DNA of 64,000 nt from Anthoceros angustus (Eukaryota > Plantae > Anthocerotophyta). The notes under the pieces are model-generated. The model ran no database searches, had not been told where the DNA came from, and saw nothing but the letters and a program-made list of their open reading frames with translations. The position numbers and the translations under genes are program-made. The stretch spans positions 402,216-466,215 of the forward strand of contig MU008198.1 of NCBI GenBank assembly GCA_010909165.1, in the 5' to 3' direction. Of the stretch, positions 23,881-35,861 are shown piece by piece (the first letter of the stretch is position 1; the number at the start of each line of letters is the position of its first letter).

Positions 23881-24677
23881 GTAAAACGTTTAAGTTCTCT
23901 TTTGATGATGTCAGCATGTATTGTTATTCCATATATTTCTGAGAAATAAACTAACAAAAGATTCTCTATATTGAGAACCAACTTATATGTATGATAATTT
24001 ATTTTTATAATATTATTTTAGCACTCGTTTTAAAATTTTATACTCTAAAGGTTAACACCTTTCACTTTTTAATGGTTTTTAAAATTTAGAATATATCTTA
24101 TTTTCAAGGAAATGAAAAAAAATTAAACACGGATTTCTATGATATGACCAATTAGTCGAGTGAATACAATATAAGATTTTTTTATTAAAGGAGAAGAGAT
24201 GGAATGAGCCCATCTAGTGTTGAAAGGCCAACACCAGGACCCCAAGGGTTAGTGTAAGAGGGATCAACTAAGCTTTGAATCTAAAATTGCCTATCACTCT
24301 GACTGTGCGGGTTAAAAGGCTTCAAACAAGAGAGGTCAAATGCACGAGATGGAATTTGAGGGACCGAAACATGAGAGAAGTTGTAAAGGTGTTTGGATAG
24401 GTTTTGATTGCTCTTATAAGGATTTTAAATACATGTCATTTATAGGAACTCTGATGAACAGAAGTGGTGTTTTTTTTATTGTAATTGATGTTTCCTCAAC
24501 GATTATGACGAGAAGTCATTGTTCCTATTATACGTAGATGATGTTTCCTCACGTGTTATGAATGGATCTGAATGTTTTCTTTTCATGTGGATAATAATTC
24601 CTCAACTTTCTTTTTATGTGAATGATTATTCCTCAACTGATGGGCCTGTACTTTCCAAGTCGACGCAGAATGACTCT

Positions 24678-24800
24678 GCTGATGTGTTTGTCCCACTACA
24701 AATTCTTCTTTATCCTCATCCATTATCTTTGTATTACTGCTAATGTGTTTGTCCCATTACAAATTCTTCTTTATTCTCATCCATTATCTTTGTATTAAAG
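24678..24800. repeat. ~60-bp direct repeat x2
   Basis: gct(g/a)atgtgtttgtccca(c/t)tacaaattcttctttat(c/t)ctcatccattatctttgtatta occurs twice in tandem. Confidence 0.85.
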
Positions 24801-25705
24801 TGTCTCTAAATTAGATCCCTATCATCAAGATGGCCAAACCAAGCCCTTCTAATTATAGACGCTTAATGGGCTCCCACATAGGAGGCTGAGCATCCCTAAA
24901 TATTCCTACCTTGGATCCCTCTAAAGATGGGAGACTAAACCCTTCCAGTGATCCTTATTATTCAACCTCCACATACATGTGTGCTTTCAACGTCCTAACA
25001 AATCATACTTTTGGTTTAGACGTGGTCTTAAATACAAATCTTGAACGAACTTTAAGGGAAAAAAAAGTAGGATGTATAAAGTTTATTTATTCAAGTGTAT
25101 ATGATAATAAATAACTATAATAATCCAGACCGCTTTGTTTCGCTTTATTAGGAGAATTATCTCTTCGGGTAGTGTCATTACCTTTGATAAATTCGCGCAT
25201 CAAAGTTTGGCGCTTCTAAGTGTATAGGGGAATAATTCCCTCCAATGAGACGTTTAGCGATGTCCGGTACGTAAGGGTATTGGAGGTATACTTCCGAAAC
25301 CCCAGAGAATTTGCAGATGAAATGGACTTTAGAAAGGTCATCCGAAAACGGGGGTGACTGTGTGACGGGATTGGGTGCTGGCTCGGAGGACGAGCAGTAG
25401 AGGATTTCTGTTGTTTCCTGGCCCCCCCTCGCTGGCCATGGCGGGTGTGACGAGGGCCTCTTCCTTTAATTTGCTTGCCCTTGCATGTCGCATTTCCGGG
25501 CTTCTGGATTTCTGTTGTTGCGAGGCCCTCTCACATTCGTTGGTGGAATCCTGCGGAAGCTGGGGATGCTGAAATCTGGCTGACAACTATTTCCGAACAA
25601 TGTGGTTTGATTTGATTGTTTGATGAGTAGTTTCGGAGGCAAGGTCATTCTGTTCTTGCGCTTGGATGTTTTTGCTCCGTCTGGCACGCTTCTTCCTTTG
25701 TCGGA

Positions 25706-26455
25706 ATGGGCCATTTGGAATGTTTTCTCTCCTGCCACGCCCTGCTGCTTCTTGTGGTGCTGTCGGTGGCCACAGCCGAGGTTCCTTCACCTAAGCGGTG
25801 GCCAGAGCAGTTCCACGCTCATTTGTACCAAAACAAGAGTGGCCAGCTGTCCGTCATCGATCTGTGGTATGACTGGCCTAATGGGAGGAACTTCAACATC
25901 ATCCAGCACCAGCTCGGGACGCTACTCCACGACTTAGAGTGGACCAATGGCACGTCCTTCTACTACGACTTGGAGGCGAAAACTTGTAAGGTCTACCTGT
26001 TCCCTGTCGGAATACTGAGGCCTGACTGGCTGGTTGACAATAGCAACTACCTGGGTGTGAGGGAGCTGGATGGATTCAAGTGTAACGTGTGGGAGAAGGC
26101 CGACTTCATCACCTACTATGAAGACGTTGAAACCAAAAGGCCAGTCCACTGGCTCTTCTCTTCTGGTAAGCCGACTCGTGCGTCAGTGTCGGCACTCTTG
26201 GGAAGGGCTCTACCTTGCCTGCACTGTTGATTCAACGTTCTGTTTGGTGCAGGCATGGCAGTGCACGTGATCACCTTCGAGGAAGGCAAGACCCTGCCGG
26301 ACAGGAAATGGCAGGCCCCTGCATATTGCTTCGTCGGTACTGGTGGCAATCTGGGGAGCAAGGGGTCTGTGCTGGGGTACTCTGTAGTCGAGAAGCTTTG
26401 GACACAGTCGGACTTGCATCCCTGGAGGAGGGCTATTAGTGTCCAATCCAGCTGA
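25706..26455 (+). CDS. Secreted protein of the At4g14100-like uncharacterised family; exons 25706-26165 and 26253-26455
   Basis: Signal peptide, then [44 protein letters not shown]....[14 protein letters not shown]....[22 protein letters not shown] and WQAPAYCF. 87-nt GT-AG intron. Confidence 0.88.
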
Positions 26456-26784
26456 ATTTGAGAGAGCAGCAAGAAAAGTTTGGTAGGCCGATTAGGTCAC
26501 TTCTTGCCAAGTCTATCGGCAGCTCTGCAGTGACATAGAGTGCCCTCGCGTCCAAGGTTTTACCAGGTAGAACCCTGAACCCTCAATTCACCATGCCAGT
26601 CAGAGCTCCCACCGTTTCCATCTTTCGCCACATCATCTATTCTGGCAGGCACCGACTGCCCAGCCAACTACCTCCACCCTGTCGGCTTTCGATCACTTTC
26701 CAAAATGCACCCCGATGCTTCTGCATCTGAGGTATTGATCGTACCTTATTGCTTGAAATCAGGTTGGCGCGGGAAGGTCATCAG

Positions 26785-26890
26785 CCCTTAAGAGAGGGTG
26801 ATCCTGTCATCAACTCTTAGAGATAGTAATCCTGTCATCAACTCCTAGAGATAGGAATCCTGTCATCAACCCTTACAGATAGTCATTCTG
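26785..26890. repeat. 28-bp tandem repeat x3
   Basis: cctgtcatcaac at 26803, 26831 and 26859. Confidence 0.85.
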
Positions 26891-27798
26891 CTTCTGACCT
26901 TATTAGAACTACGTCTTCACAGTTCTCCAACTTAGCTGTATCTTATTATAACAACAGAGTTCCAACAGCTTGGACACATCTTTACACATCGATGTATCTA
27001 TCTGTACGGGTGGAGTGAGCGTTGAGCGAACACTGTTGTTCAATAATGGAGTAGCAATTTTTTTAATGAGAAGAGGAACTTTTCAATGATAGGCGAGGAG
27101 TCTGGTCGCTGTCTGTCCTGGATTCCTCATCTGCCCAGGAATGAAACTGGATTTCGCATTAGCCGAGAGATCTGCAGTAGCCTACCAAATGCCGAATGCA
27201 ATTAGTGAATAAATGCCCCGCTGTTGGTAAGCTATGCAGCTTGGTTGGTTGTCCTGTGCTGACGCAATGTGGCAGCTTAATTCACGGAGGCCCCTCTACT
27301 GGCAGAAATCGATCATGAGAGCCTCGTGGCTCGTGCTTGCTGGGCAGCGTCCCCTGGTCAGGACGGGTATATAAGTTGTTGCCCAGTTCCACTCTCAGTA
27401 GAGTGATCGGAACTGCCCCTACTACGTCCCTTCACATTGCCTGGTCTCGCACGGCTCTGTTTAGCATCAGCATCCCCGGACTCCAAAGGTCTGCTCTCTT
27501 GGACAGTGTCTCCCTTTCTTCTTCCTTTTTGTCCTCACCCAGTTTGTTGCAAGAACCACTCTCTCCCACGGACTCCTCGAGTCGGCCCCGAGGAGAACAC
27601 ATTCTGTTGCCTCCAGTGCGTCGATAGAAACGTTTTCCTTTCTGCAGGCTGCTGCTGCTGCCTAGATACATTGTTGTTTCTGCAAGCTGTGCTCTAGATC
27701 ATTACGGTGCTCGTTCCTCCAGAGCTGCGTAACACTCCTCGTTCTGCGTCTGCAGGCGGGAGATTACTGTTCAAGGGGAACTTCCACCTCGGTTCAGG

Positions 27799-28284
27799 AT
27801 GGAGATCAAACCTGCCGTCTGGTTCTTGGTTCTGGTAGCGTTGCTGCTGAGTGTGGTGGGCGCTGCAGCCAGCGATCCCCAAGCAGACACCGCCGAGAAT
27901 GCTCTCCCTATCCCTGGCACCCTGCACAGAGAAGAGTTTGAAAGTGCGGCTTCAGGAAGGTCTTTCCGCGGCTTCGGGGGAATTTTCGGCCACCGTCCCT
28001 TCGGCAAGGGAGGATACAGATTCCAGTCCTGTACCAGGAACCGGAACGTCTGCCTGCTCGAGAACTCTGGTGGGTCGACTTGCTGTGCCGGCGTCTGCTG
28101 TGACATTCTCACCAGCCTGTTCCACTGTGGCAAGTGTGGGCGCAGCTGCGGACATCGCAAATCTTGCTGCAACGGTGAGTGCACCGACACCCTGACCGAT
28201 CCCAACAACTGTGGTTCCTGCGGCCAGCAATGCCTCAGCTCCGAGTACTGCTTCCACGGCCTGTGCAACTACAACGGCGTGTAG
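27799..28284 (+). CDS. STIG1-family (STIG1/GRIM REAPER-like) secreted cysteine-rich protein
   Basis: Signal peptide and the STIG1 Cys pattern C..N..VC...TCC.G.C.D......HCG.CG..C.....CCNG.C.D...DPNNCG.CG..C...C..GLC.Y; intronless. Confidence 0.92.
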   Translation: MEIKPAVWFLVLVALLLSVVGAAASDPQADTAENALPIPGTLHREEFESAASGRSFRGFGGIFGHRPFGKGGYRFQSCTRNRNVCLLENSGGSTCCAGVCCDILTSLFHCGKCGRSCGHRKSCCNGECTDTLTDPNNCGSCGQQCLSSEYCFHGLCNYNGV

Positions 28285-29872
28285 CCCAGGATTCCTCGCA
28301 ACACGCACGAGGTGAAGCTTGCTGCTCCGAACTTCCATCGGAGGACCTCTTCAATAATCATGCATGCAATTCCCCTGTTGCTGCTGTTAACGTAAATCAG
28401 TCTGTGTGGCGCGTAGTGGGTAACTGATCCCTTCACGTATGAATGAAGACGGGTTGAGAACTGCAGATGAGGCTGTAGAAGCATGTCGCTCTAGGAAATT
28501 CTGCAGAATCTCCGTAAAAATAAGCATTCCTTCAATCTTGAGTGGGTCTCTGGAACTTGTGAGCCAGACTCCACGCTTTCACCGATTGATATAATGTACT
28601 ACGAAGGCTACCATTTTGTACAAACCGACATTGCTACGCTGTCAGAATGTTCATCTCTTGCGTACAAGCTCCTCGAATCTCCATCTCTTAAACTCGACAC
28701 CACGAATTTCTGAAACCCCACAGCAGATGTTTCCAATCTTTTGCGAGCTGAGGTAGTCGGTTTCGGAAACTTGTGTGCGCCTGAGTGATACACTGTTCTT
28801 CGGTTGCGGAGGAGTTCCATTGAAATTCCCTAACTCCACAGCAGCGATTTCCAATCTTAGGCGACCTGTTCTTCAAGCCATAAGATGTCGGTTAGGCCAG
28901 ATGACTCTGGGAACCTGACAGCCGCGGTTCGAATCGCTAGCACAGCGAACGTGCCGGGCCCTTCATCTGAGATGTAAGCCACAAATCTGACACCGGAACG
29001 GAGCGCAACGTGAAGGACATGCTTCGGCCAATTTCAGTCAAGATTTCGAAAATCGGGCGGTGTGTGACAGAAAGCAGCGAGCGGCGCGAACACGCGGCTG
29101 AGTTGGCTTGAGGCAGTGAAGTCAGCTGATGAGCGGCAACCGCGCTCCAAGGCGAAATCAGACAGCCTTTGGTCAGCGAAGAAGCAGAAAGCGCTCCGGG
29201 CGTTGAAATGCGCGTACGCAGGTGCGATGTCTGGAATTAACAACGCCATTGGAACTCTGTTGCCTGCTCCTGTACGCGTCCGGAAACCCTTAGTTTATTC
29301 ACGACTGCGCCAGCTTTCAGTGTGGTGGCATGCAAGACATTTCGCATTCGCTTGAATCATTGCAGCTCCTCGACCTCAAGCAGGGCCAGTGTGATGTCGA
29401 CTACCCACTGTGTTAGCGCAAGCCGGGCCTCGCTCGCTGATTGATAAGGGTGGGCGACCCTGCGGCGCAGAAGGTGGGCGGTGAGTGTGATTCGACCATC
29501 GAGAGCCACATTATTCCGCGGCATTCAATGGGGATGCTGCCAGAAATGTGCCACAGCGGGTGGCCGGGGCGGGAAGCGCTTCGACCGCACTGCGGGTGTG
29601 TGGGACACTCTGCTCCAGCGCCCACACCCGGTTTCAAACCTTTTTTAATGGATCAAATCATCTGCCACAAAAGAATGTGTCAAAGATTCACCTTCATGCT
29701 GGGAGCCTGAGATGCAGAACCGGCGCTGCTCGCCGACGTTCGAGGCTGCCACCTCGGAGTCGAGATGCCGCACTGCCCGGACACCTGCCCTTCTTGTTAT
29801 AAAATACTATGAGCATTATACGAGGATAATTTGCATGTATTATAATCAAAGAAGAAATGATTGCTCATTACA

Positions 29873-29930
29873 GTCGTTGTAGTATAGTGGTGAGTGCTCC
29901 CGTGTGTGACCCGGGTTCGGTCTTGGCAAC
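29873..29930 (+). pseudogene. tRNA-Asp-derived remnant lacking the anticodon loop
   Basis: gtcgttgtagtatagtggtgagt..tcccg...gtgacccgggttcg....ggcaac matches the 5' and 3' halves of plant cytosolic tRNA-Asp(GUC) as recalled, with the anticodon arm largely deleted. Confidence 0.75.
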
Positions 29931-30160
29931 ATATATGTGGATCATTCAGGAAACGCATAAAGAGTGAATTTTTTATTAATTCTATTGTTATTTTTCTTCT
30001 ATATATATGAACCTTCCTAAAGCTGATGTACGACATAGCTTTGACTTGGTTTTGTAAGCTTGTCGAAAGACTACCACAAGATTGGACTAGAAAGAAAAGA
30101 CTACCTATGAACACCACCTTTTCTTTTGCAACATACTATGATGCACAATAATTAATCTAA

Positions 30161-30230
30161 GTTGTTGTAGGATGGTGGTGAGTAATCGCCCTCGATGAGA
30201 CAAGTGACCTAGGTTTGATCCCAATGGCGA
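30161..30230 (+). pseudogene. Second, more degenerate tRNA-Asp-like remnant
   Basis: gttgttgtaggatggtggtgagtaat...gtgacctaggtttgatccc...ggcgac retains A-box and B-box-like segments colinear with the first copy. Confidence 0.5.
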
Positions 30231-30852
30231 CATTCGTGTTCTGTCACAATAGCGAGGGTTCAGTTTTGTCTGTGCTGCTTGACGACTCATGGATCTAACC
30301 GTACTTTCTATTAACTTTATAAAAACACTTATTTCTTCTTCTTCTGATTATATGAACGCTCCCAAAGCTCATCTACATAGTTTGTATTTGAGTTTTATGA
30401 AAACATGTTCTTTACTAATTCTATGAAAAAATATCTTCTCCTTCTTCAAATTATATGAAACCTCCCAGACGAACCCCTTGTCACAAATCTACTTGTATTT
30501 GAGTTTTATAAAATATATCATATATATAACTAAAGTCCAAAAAATTATTGAAAGTAGGTGAGAAAACAAAGTTCTCTTCTCAACTGCCACCTAGTGCATC
30601 CTGGCTCTCAAACCACAATCCTAGGCACTGCTGAGCCCTCTATGCTTCCCGGTTCATAACCCCCCAGCAACTTGCCCACTACACACAATTCCTTCTCCTG
30701 CCTCACAACCGCAGGGTTTCTCCTTGCTTCTCTTTCTCCAACTCCGAGGCCGTTCCTTCCTACCTTAGCCCCGAACCTCTGTGCCCTTGCGCTTGGCATA
30801 GTAAATCCGGCAAATACCTTAAAAATGTGATACAAGAAACCAAGAAACCTGA

Positions 30853-31030
30853 TGCAGAACGTCGTTGTTTTAAAGGAGTGCTCACTTACATAACAACTAA
30901 CCGAATCACCATTGAAAAAGCTCTATGGTAAATTATATCATAAACCATGAAACTTGCTGCAGAATGTCGCTGTTTTAAAGAAGTGCTCACTCATATAACA
31001 ACTAACCGAATCACCATTGAAAAAGCTCTA
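30853..31030. repeat. ~105-bp direct repeat x2
   Basis: gcagaa(c/t)gtcg(t/c)tgttttaaag(g/a)agtgctcact..ataacaactaaccgaatcaccattgaaaaagctcta occurs twice. Confidence 0.85.
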
Positions 31031-31069
31031 GATAATATAGGGATGTCCATCCTCCCTTCAAGGAGGACC

Positions 31070-31370
31070 ATCCATACATGAGGACATTGGAACTCGCCCG
31101 TGGAAGTGACATCCATATATAAGTTCATTGAAACTACGTAGTTCGGAGTGACATCCACACATGAGTTCATTGGAACTACCTAGTTGGGAGTGACATCCAT
31201 ACATGAGTTCATTGGAACTACCTAGTTGGGAGTGACATCCATACAGGAGTTCATTGGAACTACCTATTTGGGAGTGACATCCATACATGAGTTCATTGGA
31301 ACTACCTAGTTGGGAGTGACATCCATACATTAGTTCATTGAAACTCCCCGATCGGGAGTGACATCCATAC
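31070..31370. repeat. 42-bp minisatellite, 7 copies
   Basis: gtgacatcca at 31106, 31148, 31190, 31232, 31274, 31316 and 31358. Confidence 0.95.
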
Positions 31371-32119
31371 CCTACTAGAAACGCCTGCTTATGCTTATGT
31401 TACACTTTATGTTAATATTTGGACCCCTAGATGTAACATTCATGTTGCAATATTGGGGCTATGTAACACTTTTTGGGCCCCTTGTTACACTTTGGCTTGG
31501 AAACCATACCAGAGCTCTTATTGCAATCATGTTGCAAGGGTGTTGCAATTATGTTGAGATGAAGTGAGAGATGTTTTAGTCCTCTCTCAAGATTGCAATA
31601 TTTAAAGTGTTACAAGAAAAGTCTTGTAACACTTTTCTTTTCAAGTCGAAACTGTATTTTTCAGTGATATATATCCATATTATATTTTGTATATAATAAG
31701 TATCTACGTCACATGGTTTACTTACGTATGCTAGTCTGTGCATATTTATTATACGGTACTTAATATTTACAATTTGTGCAAATCTCGACGCATCTTTATA
31801 CCCCAAATGTTTAGCACACCGGCCTAATTTTCTTTATCCGGTGCCGCCGCGTGCACCTTCCAATGCAAGCGGAACGTGCCTCCCTCGTGCACCATGGCCA
31901 TCATTTTGCTGCCATGACAAGCACAAACCATCTAATCACCTATGACCTTTTTGTGGCGCAGCACTCTGCGCTTATGTCCCTACAAGATCATTCCAATTTG
32001 CATTCCTTTTTGCCCCTGCCCCGACCATGGCTGCTACTAGCTACTCCACTCCTGTCCTCCGATGGAAGTTCGGAGCAGCAAGCAGCAGGCCTCGTCACTC
32101 CCTGTTCACCCAAGATCCC

Positions 32120-32645
32120 GCCCTGCTAACATTGCCTTCTCTAACGTCACATCACAATCTGGTTACGTATCAACTAAAATTTTGAGATAAGAAATTACAG
32201 CATGGAAAGGTCTTTGGCCTCACCTTGCAGCCACTTGTAGCCGTACATGTACATGCTACCCCGCCATTCTACCATCGCCTTCTCTAACTTCACATCACAG
32301 CCTGGTTACGCATCAGCTGAAAATTTGAGATAGGAAATAATAGCATGGAATGGGTCTTGGCCTCACCTTGCAACTACTTGCAGCTGTACATGTACACGAG
32401 AACCTCGCCATGCTACCATCGCCTTCTCTAACATCACATCACACTAGCTACGCATCAGCTGCAAAGTTGCGAGGTAATCACAGCATTGCAATGGGTCTTG
32501 CCTTGACCTTGCAATGCTCTGTAAGTACAAGATCTACTTGCGGCTGTACACGTGATCCCACCCTGCTACCATCCCTGCACCAACGTCATGTCACATTGGT
32601 TACGCATTAGTTGAAAATTTGAGATAGGAATCACAACATGGAATG
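32120..32645. repeat. ~145-bp tandem repeat, 4 degenerate copies
   Basis: g(t/c)tacg(c/t)at(c/t)a.(c/t)t..aaa.tt.gag at ~32162, ~32305, ~32447 and ~32599. Confidence 0.85.
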
Positions 32646-33005
32646 AGCCTCCTCCTCTTCCTTTCCCTCTCCCCCTCCCCCTTCTTCCCATCTCCCCCTC
32701 CTCTCCCTTCCTCTCTCCCCCTGCTCTTATCCCTCTTCTTTTCCCTCCCCCGATCCTCCTCATTATAATCTCCGCCTCCTGTCCTTCCGCTTTTCCCCTC
32801 CTCCTCCTTCCCTCTCGCCCTCCTCATCTTTGGGACCTGAGATCGGCCATTCCTCTTTCTTTCCCATTCCCTCTCCCCCTTCTTCTTCTCCTCCTCTTCC
32901 TTTCTCTCTCACCCTCTACCTATTTTCCTCCTCCTCCTCCTCCTCTACCTCAGATCCCTCTCCCCCTTTTCCTCCTTGCCTCTTCCCCTCCTCCTCTCCC
33001 TCGTC
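32645..33005. repeat. Polypyrimidine (C/T-rich) low-complexity tract
   Basis: About 360 bp consisting almost exclusively of C and T on the + strand. Confidence 0.9.
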
Positions 33006-34294
33006 TCTATGCACGGTGCGATAGTCCCTCTAAATATGTGGCCACGGACAGGAAAAGGGTGAGGAAGCTTTTGGAAGGGGGGGAAAATCTATCCTCCGAA
33101 CGTAGAGTGAGCGCCGCACCCACGAACCTAGACATAGGCAAATAATAATATGTCGGTTTTTCTTACAAATAAATCCCAAGATTTTAATGCTCCAACTAAG
33201 ATAGAATATAGTGGATTGGTCAAGGCATATTTCTTAAAACTAGGAAGTTTAGGGTTTAATTTCGGTCTACACTAGTAGTAAGTATTGATGGGTACTAATA
33301 CACTAGTAGTAAGTATTGATGGGTACTAATCTAAATTTTAATGTTCGACATTGATGGCGTGATTGATAAGTAATTTATACCTTAATATAATATGTAATTA
33401 ATAATAAAATATTATATAGTATAACATAATATTATGGAATAAAATATGATATTATATAGTCTAACATAATATTATGGAATACATATAGGAGTACTTGGTT
33501 AGGGGCAAGAGATAGAAGTTACGTTGGAGTGCCTAGGTAAGACAAGGGCTAGAAGTTATGCTAGTGGCTAGAATGAATAAGTAATTTATATCTTAATATC
33601 AAATAAAATAATTAATATACTATATAATTATATCTAATAATAATATAATATATTTATCTACATATACATATCCCCTGTATTTATCTATATATAAGTATAT
33701 ATATATCCTATACTTTATCGTGGATATAAGTGCACAATAAAAGGGTGCACATTTATTATCATTGTAGGACTGGTTGAAACAAAAAAAAAATTAGTCTTCA
33801 ACCCATGAATAGCTATGGTCAAGTAAAAACATTGATAAAGCAATGGTGAAGTTATGAGGTAGGAGGAAAATGTGAGAGTTGCTGGTCCATGTTCCAGTGA
33901 TGTTTTGTTATGGGCAACATAAACAAATAGTTGTCCATAGAGGGTGTAATGAAGAGGGCAAGGTGAAACTTAGACAAATGGTTCTCTCCAATGGGAGTGT
34001 AATAAAGAGGAGAGGATGATAGGGGAGAGAGAGGGGCTCCTTGTTACGCTCATGTTGCAATTGCATGTGGGAAATCATAAACAATGCTTGTGAGAGAGGA
34101 GGTGTAATTATGAGGGTGAGGTGGTAGGAGAGAGAGCCAAGTAAGATAGTAGCACCACATGGGAAAGAAAGTGACCAACTTAATACCAAGCCTCCAAAGC
34201 ATGTTGCAATCCTTTGGACGGATCGGTGCTTGGATTCATGCGCCATCTTCATGGCCATATGGGGCTACTTGCTATTACCATCATGCCTTCTTCT

Positions 34295-34505
34295 CCGCAA
34301 CGATGTGGGGCCGCCAACTGTTAGAGCCCTACGCGGTCATTCCAAATCAAAATCCTACGCGGTTGCTAGGGCCGCCAGCTGTTAGTGCCCTACGTGGTCG
34401 TTCCAAATCAAAATCCTACGCGGTTGCTGGGGCCGCCAGCTGTTAGTACCCTACGTGGTCATTCCAAATCAAAATCCTACGCGGTTGCTCCAAATCAAAA
34501 TCTCA
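34295..34505. repeat. 61-bp tandem repeat, ~3.5 copies
   Basis: tccaaatcaaaatcc at 34341, 34402, 34463 and a partial copy at ~34489. Confidence 0.9.
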
Positions 34506-35199
34506 GCAGGGGAACTTCGGTGTATATTTTGATATATCTATAAAAGTCCCTGAATTCACTTAAAAAAATGGAGATGCCCTAGCTTAGTATACAATAAATA
34601 AATAATATAATTAAATTAATATTAAATCTATGACATGCAATGCGTAACAAATCTATTAATCAAATCAAATCTCAAAATAACATCCATAAAATAAAACTCC
34701 ATTGTAAGCCCCCTTTTTGTTCTCGGTTTCTCACTTGACTTTTAGTGTCTTTTAGAGGCTGTTGTTCCTTGCTTTGTCCGATTTCTATTCTCTAATATAT
34801 GTCACTCTATTCTCACTAAAAACAAACCAGGTAAAACAACACTATAATTGTAAAATGGCCCCTAACGATTCCTAACTCAAGTAAGGTTACCAAATGGTCC
34901 TGTAGTAAAATAAACACAACCTAACCTACCCCAAATGCTATCGTAAAAAAAGTTTAGGCCAAGAGCACAACTAACTTAGGTTTATAAAGGGTATGATTCT
35001 CTAGTAGTGGTCCATAATGGTCCTATTTAGGTACCTAGTTGTCATAGCCTCAAGATTTAAGCTCTTGATTTAGCCCCTCATAGAAGAAGTTATCATGGGA
35101 GAAGTTTTATGTATCTTTGATTTCATAAACCTCCACTCTTATAAACTCTTTATGCATTTCTTCTTTTGACCCCCCATTACAAGCTCTATAATAATTTTC

Positions 35200-35216
35200 T
35201 TCTTGGTATTATTGTT

Positions 35217-35250
<34 letters not shown>
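35200..35250. repeat. (ATT)n microsatellite
   Basis: attattattattattattattattattatt run. Confidence 0.95.
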
Positions 35251-35861
35251 CATCAAAATAACAATGACCAGCAACTTGGACTCTTACAACATCAAGACGT
35301 GATGCATCCTCTTTTACCTCATTAGTACATAGGCCTTTTATTCTTCCTGCATATGACATCGTTGACATAGTAGGCTAGTTATGGTAGATGACTTTAGGGA
35401 TGGAGCTTAATTGCTCCTTTTTACTGCAACCTTTGGGGTCTCCCTAAATGTCCTTGTTGGATGGACTCTCCCCCATCGTCTTCTTCCCTCAATAAAGAAT
35501 ATCACTTAGATAGAGAATATCACTTAGACTCTTCCAAATGACTACGTTACACTATATTTTTACTTTGATCGTTCACACACAAAACATCCGTCCACGGGGT
35601 GAAGCATCTTTAGCCAGGAATGAGGAGACTTTATTCAAAATGCGACGATGGGTAGACCTTTGTCCACGAAGACATTACGAAAATCAGACGCTCCTACAAT
35701 GTCAAAATTTGATAGTTAGCATCTTTAGCCGGTTCCAATCTTTTATGGGTTGTATGGCTGCATCGGATACATCGTGAGCAGAACTTTAATAGCAGCACAT
35801 ACTTACGCAATTTGCGCTTGTGAAAAAAGAGCACAAACAAAGGTAAGGTATGAGAGAAAAT

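Noticed and set aside
28890-28945. ggttcgaatc T-loop-like motif suggesting a tRNA
   Set aside because: The T-stem does not pair and no D-arm or acceptor stem can be built.
29413-29802. GC-rich short ORFs with vague HNH-like (HIIP) or kelch-like (FDRTAGVWDTL..PHP) words
   Set aside because: The motifs are too short, lie in different frames and are interrupted by stops, with no supporting splice structure.
31070-31370. 42-bp periodic array as a possible CRISPR array or coding repeat (MYGCHSQLGSSNEL ORF)
   Set aside because: Units are contiguous near-identical copies with no unique spacers, in a eukaryotic context with no cas genes. The ORF is a by-product of the minisatellite.
31038-31374. 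Possible hAT-type TIRs (taggg...cccta) around the 42-bp array, or a Helitron 3' hairpin plus CTAG
   Set aside because: The TIR match is only ~5 bp, there is no 8-bp TSD, and the CTAG is not followed by T as expected for a Helitron A/T insertion site.
32566-33024. G/E/R-rich and P/S-rich ORFs
   Set aside because: Artefacts of the polypyrimidine tract.
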